A stretch of 64,000 nucleotides of DNA from an archaeon UBA583 (GTDB taxonomy: Archaea > Nanobdellota > Nanobdellia > Woesearchaeales > UBA583): NCBI GenBank assembly GCA_002506365.1, contig DAXK01000032.1, positions 17,269-81,268 on the forward strand, written 5' to 3'. How positions within the stretch are numbered: the first letter of the stretch is position 1; each line of letters starts with the position of its first letter. Under the pieces are notes generated by a model. That model was not told where the DNA came from, made no database searches, and was given only the letters and a program-made list of their open reading frames with translations. Made by a program: the position numbers and the translations under genes. Below are positions 56,042 to 64,000 of the stretch, in pieces.

Positions 56042-57895
56042 ATGAATCCTGAATATGTTAGTATGTGTAATAATTTTATAAGTCATAAAATTAATTCCAA
56101 ATCTCTTGAAGATACTATTTCTACATACTGCAAAGCACATTCAAAAAGCATTTCTGAAAATTTTAATCTTATGTCATTAAATGGATGGGACATTTTAATG
56201 AAAGAATTAATAGGACGAGACATTATCGATGAAAATTTTAAAGGTGTAAGAGTTGAAGAAAACTTAGAATTAATAATTAATATTGGTAGAAATAAATATG
56301 GTTTATCTGATGAAATTTTATTTGAAGGGATTGACAAACAAACTACTGAAACCTTAAATAATGCTACAATCACCAAAGGAATTAGATCCGACTCAGTGAA
56401 TTATGTTACAAACCAAATCTCATCAAGATTATTTTTAAATATTCAAAACCATTTAAAATTACCAAATGAAGAATTTCAGAGATTAGGATTTCAAGCATTA
56501 AAACAATCAGGACAAGCAAAATCATTAATTTACGGATTTAATCACAACATATTTGAAATTTTAGAAAATGTTAACACAATTGCAAACGCTAAAAATTCTA
56601 CTAAAACAACTAACATCTCACTAGAGCGTATTGGAAATAACATCCACCAAATGAGGATTGAAACTAAACCAATTGTTGGAATTAAACTCGAAGATCCCGT
56701 AATTCACTGGAACATTGGAATGTATAACTATTTTTTAAATAATTGTAAAAATGTTTGTCAACCTGAAATAAAAATTGAAATTGATGATCTAACTAAAAGT
56801 TGGATATATACAGCTAAATTTAATGAAGATGTAAATAAAACTCCAAAAAAAAGTAAATTTAATTTTAAACATAAAATTATTAGATCAATTATTGGAAATA
56901 AAATTGAAAGATTACAACTTGAAGCTGAAAAAATTGAAATTGAAAAACAATTAAAAACTGAACAAGTAGAACATTTATACAATCAAACAAAAAGTATTAT
57001 GAATCAAATGAGACACAGAGACACAAGTGACCATATGACTAAAATGGCATATTTAAGTGTATTAATGGGAAAACAAATGGGGATTTCAACTAATGATTTA
57101 AGATGTATTGTTCGCTCATTCCCAATCCACGACATTTGGAAAAATTCAACTCCACATCAAATTCTCCACGCAAAAGGTAAATTAGATGATGATGAATATG
57201 TTCAAATGCAAGACCATGCTAGAGGAAGTGAATACTCAATGATTAAATGTGGATATACACTAAAAGAAGCAAGTATAGGGTCAGGACACCAACTTAATGC
57301 TGATGGATCAAGTTACCCAGCATTAGAACCAATTAGAAATGCTAACGGTGAAATAGTTGATGTATACGCTGCAGACTGGAAACAATTATCAGTAACAGAT
57401 ATGATTGGAAGATTTACTGATGGACTAGAAACATTAAATGCTAAAAGAGTATATAAAGAAGGAATGACAATTGATTTTATTTTAAATAAAATTTTTAGAA
57501 GTGATGTTGAAAAAAAGAAAATTTTACAAGAAGACATTGGACATTTTGGAATTGAACAATTTGGAAAAACATTACAAGATTTAAAATATACTGCCAAAAG
57601 ATATAACCCAGATACATCCAAACCAATTTCCCCTGCCGAAAGAGAAGTTATGAGATATATTCTAGGACATTCAGATAAATATAAAGTCCAAATCCCAAAA
57701 GGAGTTCAAGACTTAGTTCAAAATCATAAAATTCAATATGGGAGTATTGAAGATAGAATCCATTGTATTGGATTATCAATTAGAAAAGATTATGATAAAT
57801 TACAAAACCCAGAAAGTAAAGAAATGTTTAAAAGAAATGTTCCTTACGAACTATTAAATAAATATTTACCTCAAGATGGAATTTCAGATATTTAA
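56042..57895 (+). CDS. HD-domain protein, degenerate HD-GYP-like, with large unknown N-terminal domain
   Basis: DHMTKMAYLSVLMG..IHDIWK..ILHAKGKLDDDEYVQMQDHARGSEY resembles the HD-GYP layout, with HDIWK in place of HDIGK and no GYP. Confidence 0.65.
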   Translation: MNPEYVSMCNNFISHKINSKSLEDTISTYCKAHSKSISENFNLMSLNGWDILMKELIGRDIIDENFKGVRVEENLELIINIGRNKYGLSDEILFEGIDKQTTETLNNATITKGIRSDSVNYVTNQISSRLFLNIQNHLKLPNEEFQRLGFQALKQSGQAKSLIYGFNHNIFEILENVNTIANAKNSTKTTNISLERIGNNIHQMRIETKPIVGIKLEDPVIHWNIGMYNYFLNNCKNVCQPEIKIEIDDLTKSWIYTAKFNEDVNKTPKKSKFNFKHKIIRSIIGNKIERLQLEAEKIEIEKQLKTEQVEHLYNQTKSIMNQMRHRDTSDHMTKMAYLSVLMGKQMGISTNDLRCIVRSFPIHDIWKNSTPHQILHAKGKLDDDEYVQMQDHARGSEYSMIKCGYTLKEASIGSGHQLNADGSSYPALEPIRNANGEIVDVYAADWKQLSVTDMIGRFTDGLETLNAKRVYKEGMTIDFILNKIFRSDVEKKKILQEDIGHFGIEQFGKTLQDLKYTAKRYNPDTSKPISPAEREVMRYILGHSDKYKVQIPKGVQDLVQNHKIQYGSIEDRIHCIGLSIRKDYDKLQNPESKEMFKRNVPYELLNKYLPQDGISDI

Positions 57896-58046
57896 TTAAA
57901 TCAACAAATCACAATTTAAATAGTTAAATATGCTATTAAATTTAATTATAAATCTAAACATTAATTAATTCTATAAATTAAGATTAAAATTTATCCAAAT
58001 TAAGTAATAACGTATATTAAAGAAACAAAAAAATAAAATTGTATAT

Positions 58047-59756
58047 ATGAAATTAACATTAAATCCATATCATAATTATTTGGAAATTAAAAGTCAAATT
58101 TATTTAAATAAATTAAAAGATTGTGAAAAATTACAAAATAAGTTATTTAGTCAAATAATTAAAACAAATAAAAACTCATCATATGGTAAACAAAATAATT
58201 TTAAAAAAATTAAAACAATTCAAGATTTTCAAAATATTGTTCCAATAGTAGATTATGAACAATTAAAAAAATTTATTGATACTGAAAAAAATAAAAACCA
58301 TCCAAAATCAATTCTTAGTGATATTGTTGATTATTTCGCAATAACTTCTGGGACAACAAATACTCCTAAATTCCTTCCACATACAAAAGAATATATTAAA
58401 AAAAGACAAATTAGTTGGGAAATTTGGAATCATTCAATTTACAATGAAAGACCAATAACATACTCATTATTTGGATCAATTTTAGCTTTCACATCTAAAT
58501 CATTTGATGGATTCACAAAATCCCACATAAAATATGGAAGTGTGTCAGGAAGAATCCACGACTTACAACCAGTATTTGTAAAACAATTATTCGCAGTTCC
58601 AGATAGAGTAGCTGAAGTTGATAACTTTGAAACTAAATATTATTTAAATGCATTATTTTCAGTTAGAAAAAATTTAACATTTATTGCAACCCCAAATCCA
58701 TCAACAATATTAATTTATTCAAAAACAATTATGGAAAATATTGATCAAATTATTAAGGATTTAGAAAGTAATAATATTGAAATTTTCCAAAATGATAACT
58801 CAACATCATTTGAATTAAGAAATGATTTATTGAATGAATTTAAAAAAGATAAAAAATTAAATCTTAAAACTGCTCAAAGATTAAAAGAGTTAAAACATAA
58901 AAATCAAATTAAACCTAAATATATTTTTTCAAATTTACAAACAATTGGTTGTTGGACAAAAGGACATGTTAATATTTATTTAAAAGAATTAATAAAACAA
59001 TTTGGTAAAAAAGTAATGATTAGAGAATTAGGATATATGGCATCCGAAGGAAGATTTTCAATCCCAATTGAAACAAAATCCAATGGAGAAGGAGTCTTAG
59101 ATATTGATACAAATTTTTACGAATTTATTAAAGTTCAAGAATATGAAAATAAAAATCCAAAAATATATTTAGCACACCAAGTTCAACCAGGTCAAAAATA
59201 TTATATGATGATTACAAACGAAAATGGATTATATCGTTATGATCTAAATGATATAATTGAAGTTACAGGCTATTTTGAAAATTCTAAAACTCCTATGATT
59301 ACATTTATTCAAAAAGGAAAATATTTTTCATCAATCACAGGAGAAAAAGTCTCAGAATGGGAAATTAACCATTGTATTCAAAAATTACAAAAAATAAATT
59401 CAGAGATTCATCTAAAAACATTTTTTGTATTACCAAACATAGATATCAAAAATGCAAATTATAATTTTTATATTGAATTTGAAAAAAATCCTACAAAAAC
59501 TCAAATAACTCAATTTGAAAAAATATTAGAAAAAGAATTACAATCAGAAAATATCGAGTATAAAGAAAAAAGAGAATCTAAAAGATTAAAATCAATTAAA
59601 ATTATTTTACTTCCAAAACACTCTGTTGAAAAAATCAAAACAGCTTTTGGAGAAGGAAGAACAAATGATGCCCAAATTAAAGAACCAAAATTAATTGTTT
59701 TAGACAAAGATAAACAAATTATTGAAAGATTTATTTCAAAACATAAGATAAAATAA
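58047..59756 (+). CDS. GH3-family acyl-acid amido synthetase-like (adenylating) protein
   Basis: FAITSGTTNTPKFLPHT and GLYRYDLNDIIEVTGYF..P.ITFIQKG motifs. Confidence 0.75.
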   Translation: MKLTLNPYHNYLEIKSQIYLNKLKDCEKLQNKLFSQIIKTNKNSSYGKQNNFKKIKTIQDFQNIVPIVDYEQLKKFIDTEKNKNHPKSILSDIVDYFAITSGTTNTPKFLPHTKEYIKKRQISWEIWNHSIYNERPITYSLFGSILAFTSKSFDGFTKSHIKYGSVSGRIHDLQPVFVKQLFAVPDRVAEVDNFETKYYLNALFSVRKNLTFIATPNPSTILIYSKTIMENIDQIIKDLESNNIEIFQNDNSTSFELRNDLLNEFKKDKKLNLKTAQRLKELKHKNQIKPKYIFSNLQTIGCWTKGHVNIYLKELIKQFGKKVMIRELGYMASEGRFSIPIETKSNGEGVLDIDTNFYEFIKVQEYENKNPKIYLAHQVQPGQKYYMMITNENGLYRYDLNDIIEVTGYFENSKTPMITFIQKGKYFSSITGEKVSEWEINHCIQKLQKINSEIHLKTFFVLPNIDIKNANYNFYIEFEKNPTKTQITQFEKILEKELQSENIEYKEKRESKRLKSIKIILLPKHSVEKIKTAFGEGRTNDAQIKEPKLIVLDKDKQIIERFISKHKIK

Positions 59757-60032
59757 AATAATAAATTAAAAATTCTTTTTTCTTAAAAAATAAAAATTAA
59801 AATATTATAAATAAACTAATTCTAATTCCAATAAAACTAAATTAATAGTAAAAAATAATCAAGAATAAACAACAAAAAAAGTATAAAATAATAAACAAAG
59901 ACAAATAAAGAAAAAATAAACAAAACCAATTGAAATCATTCTTCTGAAACTAAAGTTATTTGAAAAGTATAAATAATCAACCAGTAATTTAAGTAGATAA
60001 AAAACCATTATTAACTATCTAAATAGTTAAAA

Positions 60033-60272
60033 ATGGAAAAAGAACTTTATAATCATAAATTTATGTCAATTAAAAGACTAAAAAATATTTTAGAGAATTA
60101 TTCTTTAAATATTTTAATTGATTATCTAGAAATAAACTCAAATTTACACAGTGGTAAAATATTTTTCGAAGATATTAATGTTTTGACTCTAAAAGATAAT
60201 CATAAATTAACATTTTATTTAAAACAAAAATTTTCTAGAAATTATAAACCAGTCCAATGTATTGAGATTTAG
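60033..60272 (+). CDS. Small hypothetical protein, tandem paralog 1
   Basis: MEKELYNHKFMSIKRLKNILENYSLNILIDYLEI aligns with the next ORF's MEKEIYNNKNMSIYELKDLLEKYPLNLLYDYFEI. Confidence 0.45.
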   Translation: MEKELYNHKFMSIKRLKNILENYSLNILIDYLEINSNLHSGKIFFEDINVLTLKDNHKLTFYLKQKFSRNYKPVQCIEI

Positions 60273-60308
60273 ATTTAAAAAATAAAATAAAATAAAAAAT
60301 AAACCAAA

Positions 60309-60530
60309 ATGGAAAAAGAAATATACAATAATAAAAATATGTCAATATACGAACTAAAAGATTTACTAGAAAAATACCCTTTGAATTTATTATATGATTA
60401 CTTTGAAATAAAAGAAAAAACATCAATTAAATACATATTTTTTAAAGATGTGAAAAAAATCACATCAACTAAAAATTCCAAATTAAAAATATATCTTAAA
60501 GATAATAATATCACTAGACTTCCAGCCTAG
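60309..60530 (+). CDS. Small hypothetical protein, tandem paralog 2
   Basis: Paralog of 60033..60272. Confidence 0.45.
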   Translation: MEKEIYNNKNMSIYELKDLLEKYPLNLLYDYFEIKEKTSIKYIFFKDVKKITSTKNSKLKIYLKDNNITRLPA

Positions 60531-60571
60531 CATATCAAAGATTTTATAAATTCTAAACTACAAAAAATATT

Positions 60572-62092
60572 ATGACAATTTCCCAAGACCTACTAAAACT
60601 TGAAACCAATTCAAAAGTCTTTGAAAGAGGAGAAGAATATTTTGAAAAAAACCCAAACAACCAATTAAGTTTTATGCAAAATAATTTAGAATTATCTATA
60701 TCTGCCGAAATTAAAGAATATTTTTGTAAAATTAAATACAACTTAGAAACAGGTATGCTAACCGATAAAAAATGCACTTGTTATTATTTTGAAAACAATA
60801 ATCAAACCTGTAAACATATTGTATCCTTAGCTCTCCAAATAAACCACAAATTAAAAAAAACAATTAAAACAATTGACATTTTAGATTCTTACGAAAAAGC
60901 AGATGAAATTTTAAATAATATTATTGAATTAAATTCAAATAATACAAAAGACAATTCAGAATTAGACACTGCTCAAACAGTATCCCAAGTAACTAAAACA
61001 ATTAAATCATTATTAGAAGAAAATCCAAGTTTAAATAATGTATATTTAAAAGGAGAAATTTCAAATTTATCCCCTAACAAAAGTGGTCATATCTATTTTT
61101 CAGTTAAAGATGAATACTCACTTCTAAACTGTGTAATGTTTAAAAAATCTGCCGAAGAACTTGATTTTAAGCCAAAAGTAGGAGATAAAGTTATTTTAAA
61201 AGGTAAAATCACACTCTACGAACCAAGAGGAAGTTATCAATTATTAGTAAAAGATATGAAAAAACAAGGGCAAGGAGATTTATTTCAACAATTTTTACAA
61301 CTTAAAAATAAATTACAAGTTGAAGGTCTTTTTGACGAAAATAAAAAAAAGAAAATTCCACAATTCCCTAAAAAAATTGCAGTAATCACAAGTCCAACTG
61401 GAGCAGTAATTCAAGATATTATAAATACAGTAAAAAGAAGATTTCCTAAAATTACACTAAGTATTTACCCAGTATCAGTTCAAGGAAAAGGAAGTGAAGA
61501 TCAAATAATAAACGCATTAAACCAAGCAAAAAAATCTGAAAATGAATTTGATACAATAATTATTGCAAGAGGTGGTGGAAGTATTGAAGATTTATGGAGT
61601 TTTAACGATGAAAAATTAGCAAGAGAAATTAGTCAATCAAAAGTTCCAATCATTTCTGCAGTAGGACATGAAACTGATTTTACAATTTGTGATTTTGTAG
61701 CAGATATCAGAGCTCCAACTCCAACAGCTGCTGCAGAAATTGCAACACCAAATTTATTTGACATTAAAATGAATTTAGACTCAAATAAAAGAAGAATAAT
61801 TAAATCATTAGAATATAACTTAGAAAATAAAAAAATTCATTTAAATAATTTAGAATCAAATATATTTACAAGTTTAGAAAATAATTTACAAAAAAAACAA
61901 TACCAACTTGAAAATTTTAAAGAAAAACTAAAACTATTATCAATTAATTCAACTTTAAAACGAGGATTTAGTATTACAATTAATGAATCTGGTAAAACAA
62001 TTAAATCAATTAAAGATTTAAAAGAAAATGAAAAAATAACAACTATTTTAAATTCAGGCAAAATAATTTCAGAAATTAAAAATTTAAAATAA
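60572..62092 (+). CDS. xseA: Exodeoxyribonuclease VII large subunit with N-terminal SWIM zinc-finger extension
   Basis: SWIM signature CTCYYFENNNQTCKH. XseA blocks VYLKGEISN..GHIYFSVKD, ITSPTGAVIQDI, IIARGGGSIEDLWSFNDE, SAVGHETDFTICDFVADIRAPTPTAAAE. Confidence 0.8.
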   Translation: MTISQDLLKLETNSKVFERGEEYFEKNPNNQLSFMQNNLELSISAEIKEYFCKIKYNLETGMLTDKKCTCYYFENNNQTCKHIVSLALQINHKLKKTIKTIDILDSYEKADEILNNIIELNSNNTKDNSELDTAQTVSQVTKTIKSLLEENPSLNNVYLKGEISNLSPNKSGHIYFSVKDEYSLLNCVMFKKSAEELDFKPKVGDKVILKGKITLYEPRGSYQLLVKDMKKQGQGDLFQQFLQLKNKLQVEGLFDENKKKKIPQFPKKIAVITSPTGAVIQDIINTVKRRFPKITLSIYPVSVQGKGSEDQIINALNQAKKSENEFDTIIIARGGGSIEDLWSFNDEKLAREISQSKVPIISAVGHETDFTICDFVADIRAPTPTAAAEIATPNLFDIKMNLDSNKRRIIKSLEYNLENKKIHLNNLESNIFTSLENNLQKKQYQLENFKEKLKLLSINSTLKRGFSITINESGKTIKSIKDLKENEKITTILNSGKIISEIKNLK

Positions 62093-62141
62093 ATTAATAG
62101 ATAAATAAATAATAATTAATTTAAATATAAAAACAAATTTA

Positions 62142-63134
62142 TCATTTATTTCCCTCATAAATTTTTTCCAAAGTTTCACCAATTTCTCTGAAAACTGGTT
62201 TTGAGAAAATTAAACTACAATGAGATTCTCTAGGAATTCTACAATATTCAACATTATACAAATCTAAATTTTCATAAAAATTACACGAATTATCTCCAAC
62301 AAACCCATCCCCAAAAGATTCAGAACATTTACTTGTATAAATACGTTTCTCCAAACAATGCCTATCTGAATTTCTCCCTGAAACCAAATTAATTATTTTT
62401 GTATTTCTAGAAGTTTTACTATTTAAAAATCCATTTACAAATGTAATCTCATCAATAATCTCAGGAGATCCTAAAGTAATTAAACTTGATATATCAGAAG
62501 GATAATAACATTTTAGTACTCTTCCAAAAACTCCCCCCAAACTATGTCCAATAATTCCCAAAGAATCATACTTTGATTTTTTTAAAACATCTTTTTTTAA
62601 TGAATTTAATTTAGAAAATGAATTTAAAATATCGTAATTATCTGGAATATTTAATTCACTTCCCCAACTAAAAACTTCATAATTTAAATCTGAAAGAAAA
62701 TTTTCTAAAGGTTTCATTAAAATACTATTACAAGTAACTCCAGGTAAAACTAAAATAGGTCTCCCACACCCATCAGAAAGGTCTGAAAAATCATTAAAAT
62801 CATAAGTTTTTCTTAAATCGAAATATTTCCCACCAGCAATTTTAATATCAGAAATAGCACTTGAACGAAATTCACTTAAAGATAATTCACAAGCTGATTT
62901 TAAAAATAATAATCTAGATTTCACATCAATAATTGAGTTTTGGCATAAATTTTTGTAAAAGATTGGATTTAAAACGTTAAACAAATCAAAAAAACTAGTT
63001 TGTTTTTCAGGTTTCTCTAAAGCAGATAAACATTCAATATATAATTTTTCAACATCATACGGTGATTTCTTCAAAATAAAAGATAACATATGTAAATCAT
63101 TTTTAAAGTCTATATCCATTTTTAACAAGTCCAA
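62142..63134 (-). CDS. Alpha/beta-hydrolase (lipase/esterase-like)
   Basis: Nucleophile elbow IIGHSLGG. Confidence 0.6.
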   Translation of the reverse strand: MDLLKMDIDFKNDLHMLSFILKKSPYDVEKLYIECLSALEKPEKQTSFFDLFNVLNPIFYKNLCQNSIIDVKSRLLFLKSACELSLSEFRSSAISDIKIAGGKYFDLRKTYDFNDFSDLSDGCGRPILVLPGVTCNSILMKPLENFLSDLNYEVFSWGSELNIPDNYDILNSFSKLNSLKKDVLKKSKYDSLGIIGHSLGGVFGRVLKCYYPSDISSLITLGSPEIIDEITFVNGFLNSKTSRNTKIINLVSGRNSDRHCLEKRIYTSKCSESFGDGFVGDNSCNFYENLDLYNVEYCRIPRESHCSLIFSKPVFREIGETLEKIYEGNK

Positions 63135-63226
63135 ACTATAAAATTCTATAGAGTTTAAAGTTTATAAATATACCTTAAAAAACATAAGTAATTTAAATCA
63201 GAAATGATTAAATAATATATATAAAA

Positions 63227-63436
63227 ATGACCAAAAATAATAACTCTTATGAAGATAAAATTAAAAGAATAAGTGACATCGTTGAAATGTTAGAAACTAG
63301 TGAAATCCCATTAGAACAAAATATTGAATTAGTTAAAGAAGGAGCAAAATTAACTAAAGAATGTAAAAAATATTTAGACGATGCTGAACTCACAATTAAT
63401 AAAATTATTGATAATAAAGAAATCGACTTTGAATAA
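63227..63436 (+). CDS. xseB: Exodeoxyribonuclease VII small subunit
   Basis: YEDKIKRISDIVEMLETSEIPLEQNIELVKEGAKLTKECKKYLDDAE matches the XseB helical hairpin pattern. Confidence 0.75.
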   Translation: MTKNNNSYEDKIKRISDIVEMLETSEIPLEQNIELVKEGAKLTKECKKYLDDAELTINKIIDNKEIDFE

Positions 63437-63472
63437 TAATAAAAATAAAAATTAATGTATTAAAATTTGAAA

Positions 63473-63799
63473 ATGAGTTTAGATAATATAATTAAAGAAA
63501 CAATAGAAGACCAATTAGGATTTCAAGTCCAATTAAGTCCCACTAGATATGGGTTCAAAATTGAAAAAACAAATGAATTTGACATAACTTTGTGGTTAAA
63601 TAAACACCAATTAGTTATAGGAGTATTAAATTCATATAAACCAGGAAATGGAAGAAAAATTGTTGAATCTTTAAAACTAGCAACAAATAATAAATATACA
63701 ATTGTTGCAAACAAAACTGAAAGTATTGGATTTTGGGAAAAAATGGGATTTTATGAAAGTTATAATAATTATCCAGACTATGAATATTCATTAAGATAA
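63473..63799 (+). CDS. Small hypothetical protein (weak GNAT motif-A-like C-terminus)
   Basis: GNGRKIVESLKLA..ESIGFWEKMGF. ATG at 63473 preferred over the TTG at 63467. Confidence 0.35.
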   Translation: MSLDNIIKETIEDQLGFQVQLSPTRYGFKIEKTNEFDITLWLNKHQLVIGVLNSYKPGNGRKIVESLKLATNNKYTIVANKTESIGFWEKMGFYESYNNYPDYEYSLR

Positions 63800-63852
63800 A
63801 AATTATGAATTAATAAAATTAAATTTATAAAGTAAATATTACTTTTTTTATT

Positions 63853-64000
63853 ATGACAGTTAAAGATAAACCAACAAAAAAAACTAAATCCCAAATTTTA
63901 AAAGAAAAATACGGATTTGATAGAAATAGTAATAAAGAGACTAATTTTAAAGAAAATGGTCAAAAAGAAGACATTGAAACTAAATTAAGAAGTAGAGACG
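63853..64000 (+). CDS. 5' end of a CDS truncated by the window edge (Lys-rich N-terminus)
   Basis: ATG at 63853, frame open to the window end (MTVKDKPTKKTKSQILKEKYGFDRNS..). Confidence 0.3.
   Translation, partial: MTVKDKPTKKTKSQILKEKYGFDRNSNKETNFKENGQKEDIETKLRSRD

Noticed and set aside
54339-63714. Antisense ORFs in the plus-strand gene run (54339..54533, 55590..55826, 56083..56376, 56758..56982, 57313..57621, 59510..59707, 60235..60426, 60553..60777, 61837..62061, 63523..63714) and 41364..41564
   Set aside because: Each is nested in a longer opposite-strand gene that has recognisable motifs or paralogy. Their composition is typical of antisense frames of Lys/Asn/Glu-rich genes.

Overview
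Very AT-rich (by eye about 25-30% GC, not computed), densely coding archaeal chromosome segment. The archaeal assignment rests on recognisable informational genes: aIF2-gamma, ribosomal proteins L18e and L34e, Pelota, an Spt5/NusG-SecE-RpoK block beside FtsZ, and an initiator-type tRNA-Met. Small genes, leaderless-style promoter spacing, FtsZ-based division and sparse metabolism suggest a DPANN-like (Woese-/Pace-/Nanoarchaeota-type) episymbiont; this is inference. The window has three parts. (1) 245-23730 is an entirely minus-strand block dominated by secreted, lipoprotein and membrane-anchored proteins. It includes two adhesin-like proteins with archaeal class III (type IV pilin-like) signal peptides, a 1406-aa multi-domain surface protein with five tandem Ig/PKD-like repeats, a metallothionein-like Cys-rich peptide, and a duplicated two-gene module (polytopic membrane protein plus large helical protein) of unknown function that shares a promoter motif. 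I consider this module the best candidate for an undescribed system. (2) 24-53 kb holds housekeeping genes: DEAD-box helicase, a CaCA exchanger, a GlmS/GNA1-like/NTP-transferase hexosamine cluster, a MacB-type ABC exporter, PheA, Nudix, aIF2-gamma, Pelota and FtsZ. It also holds a third pilin-like adhesin, an H1-like Lys/Ala/Pro-repeat protein, an orphan PD-(D/E)XK protein and an inverted partial copy of the tRNA 3' half. (3) 53.7-63.8 kb is a mostly plus-strand set of bacterial-flavoured genes: a permuted papain-like amidase, an enolase-superfamily epimerase, a degenerate HD-GYP-like protein, a GH3 ligase, a SWIM-XseA fusion and XseB. I did not see any rRNA, CRISPR array, transposase, integrase or reverse transcriptase. 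Several short palindromic hairpin families recur in intergenic spacers. All homology calls come from motif recognition by eye and need profile or structure searches.
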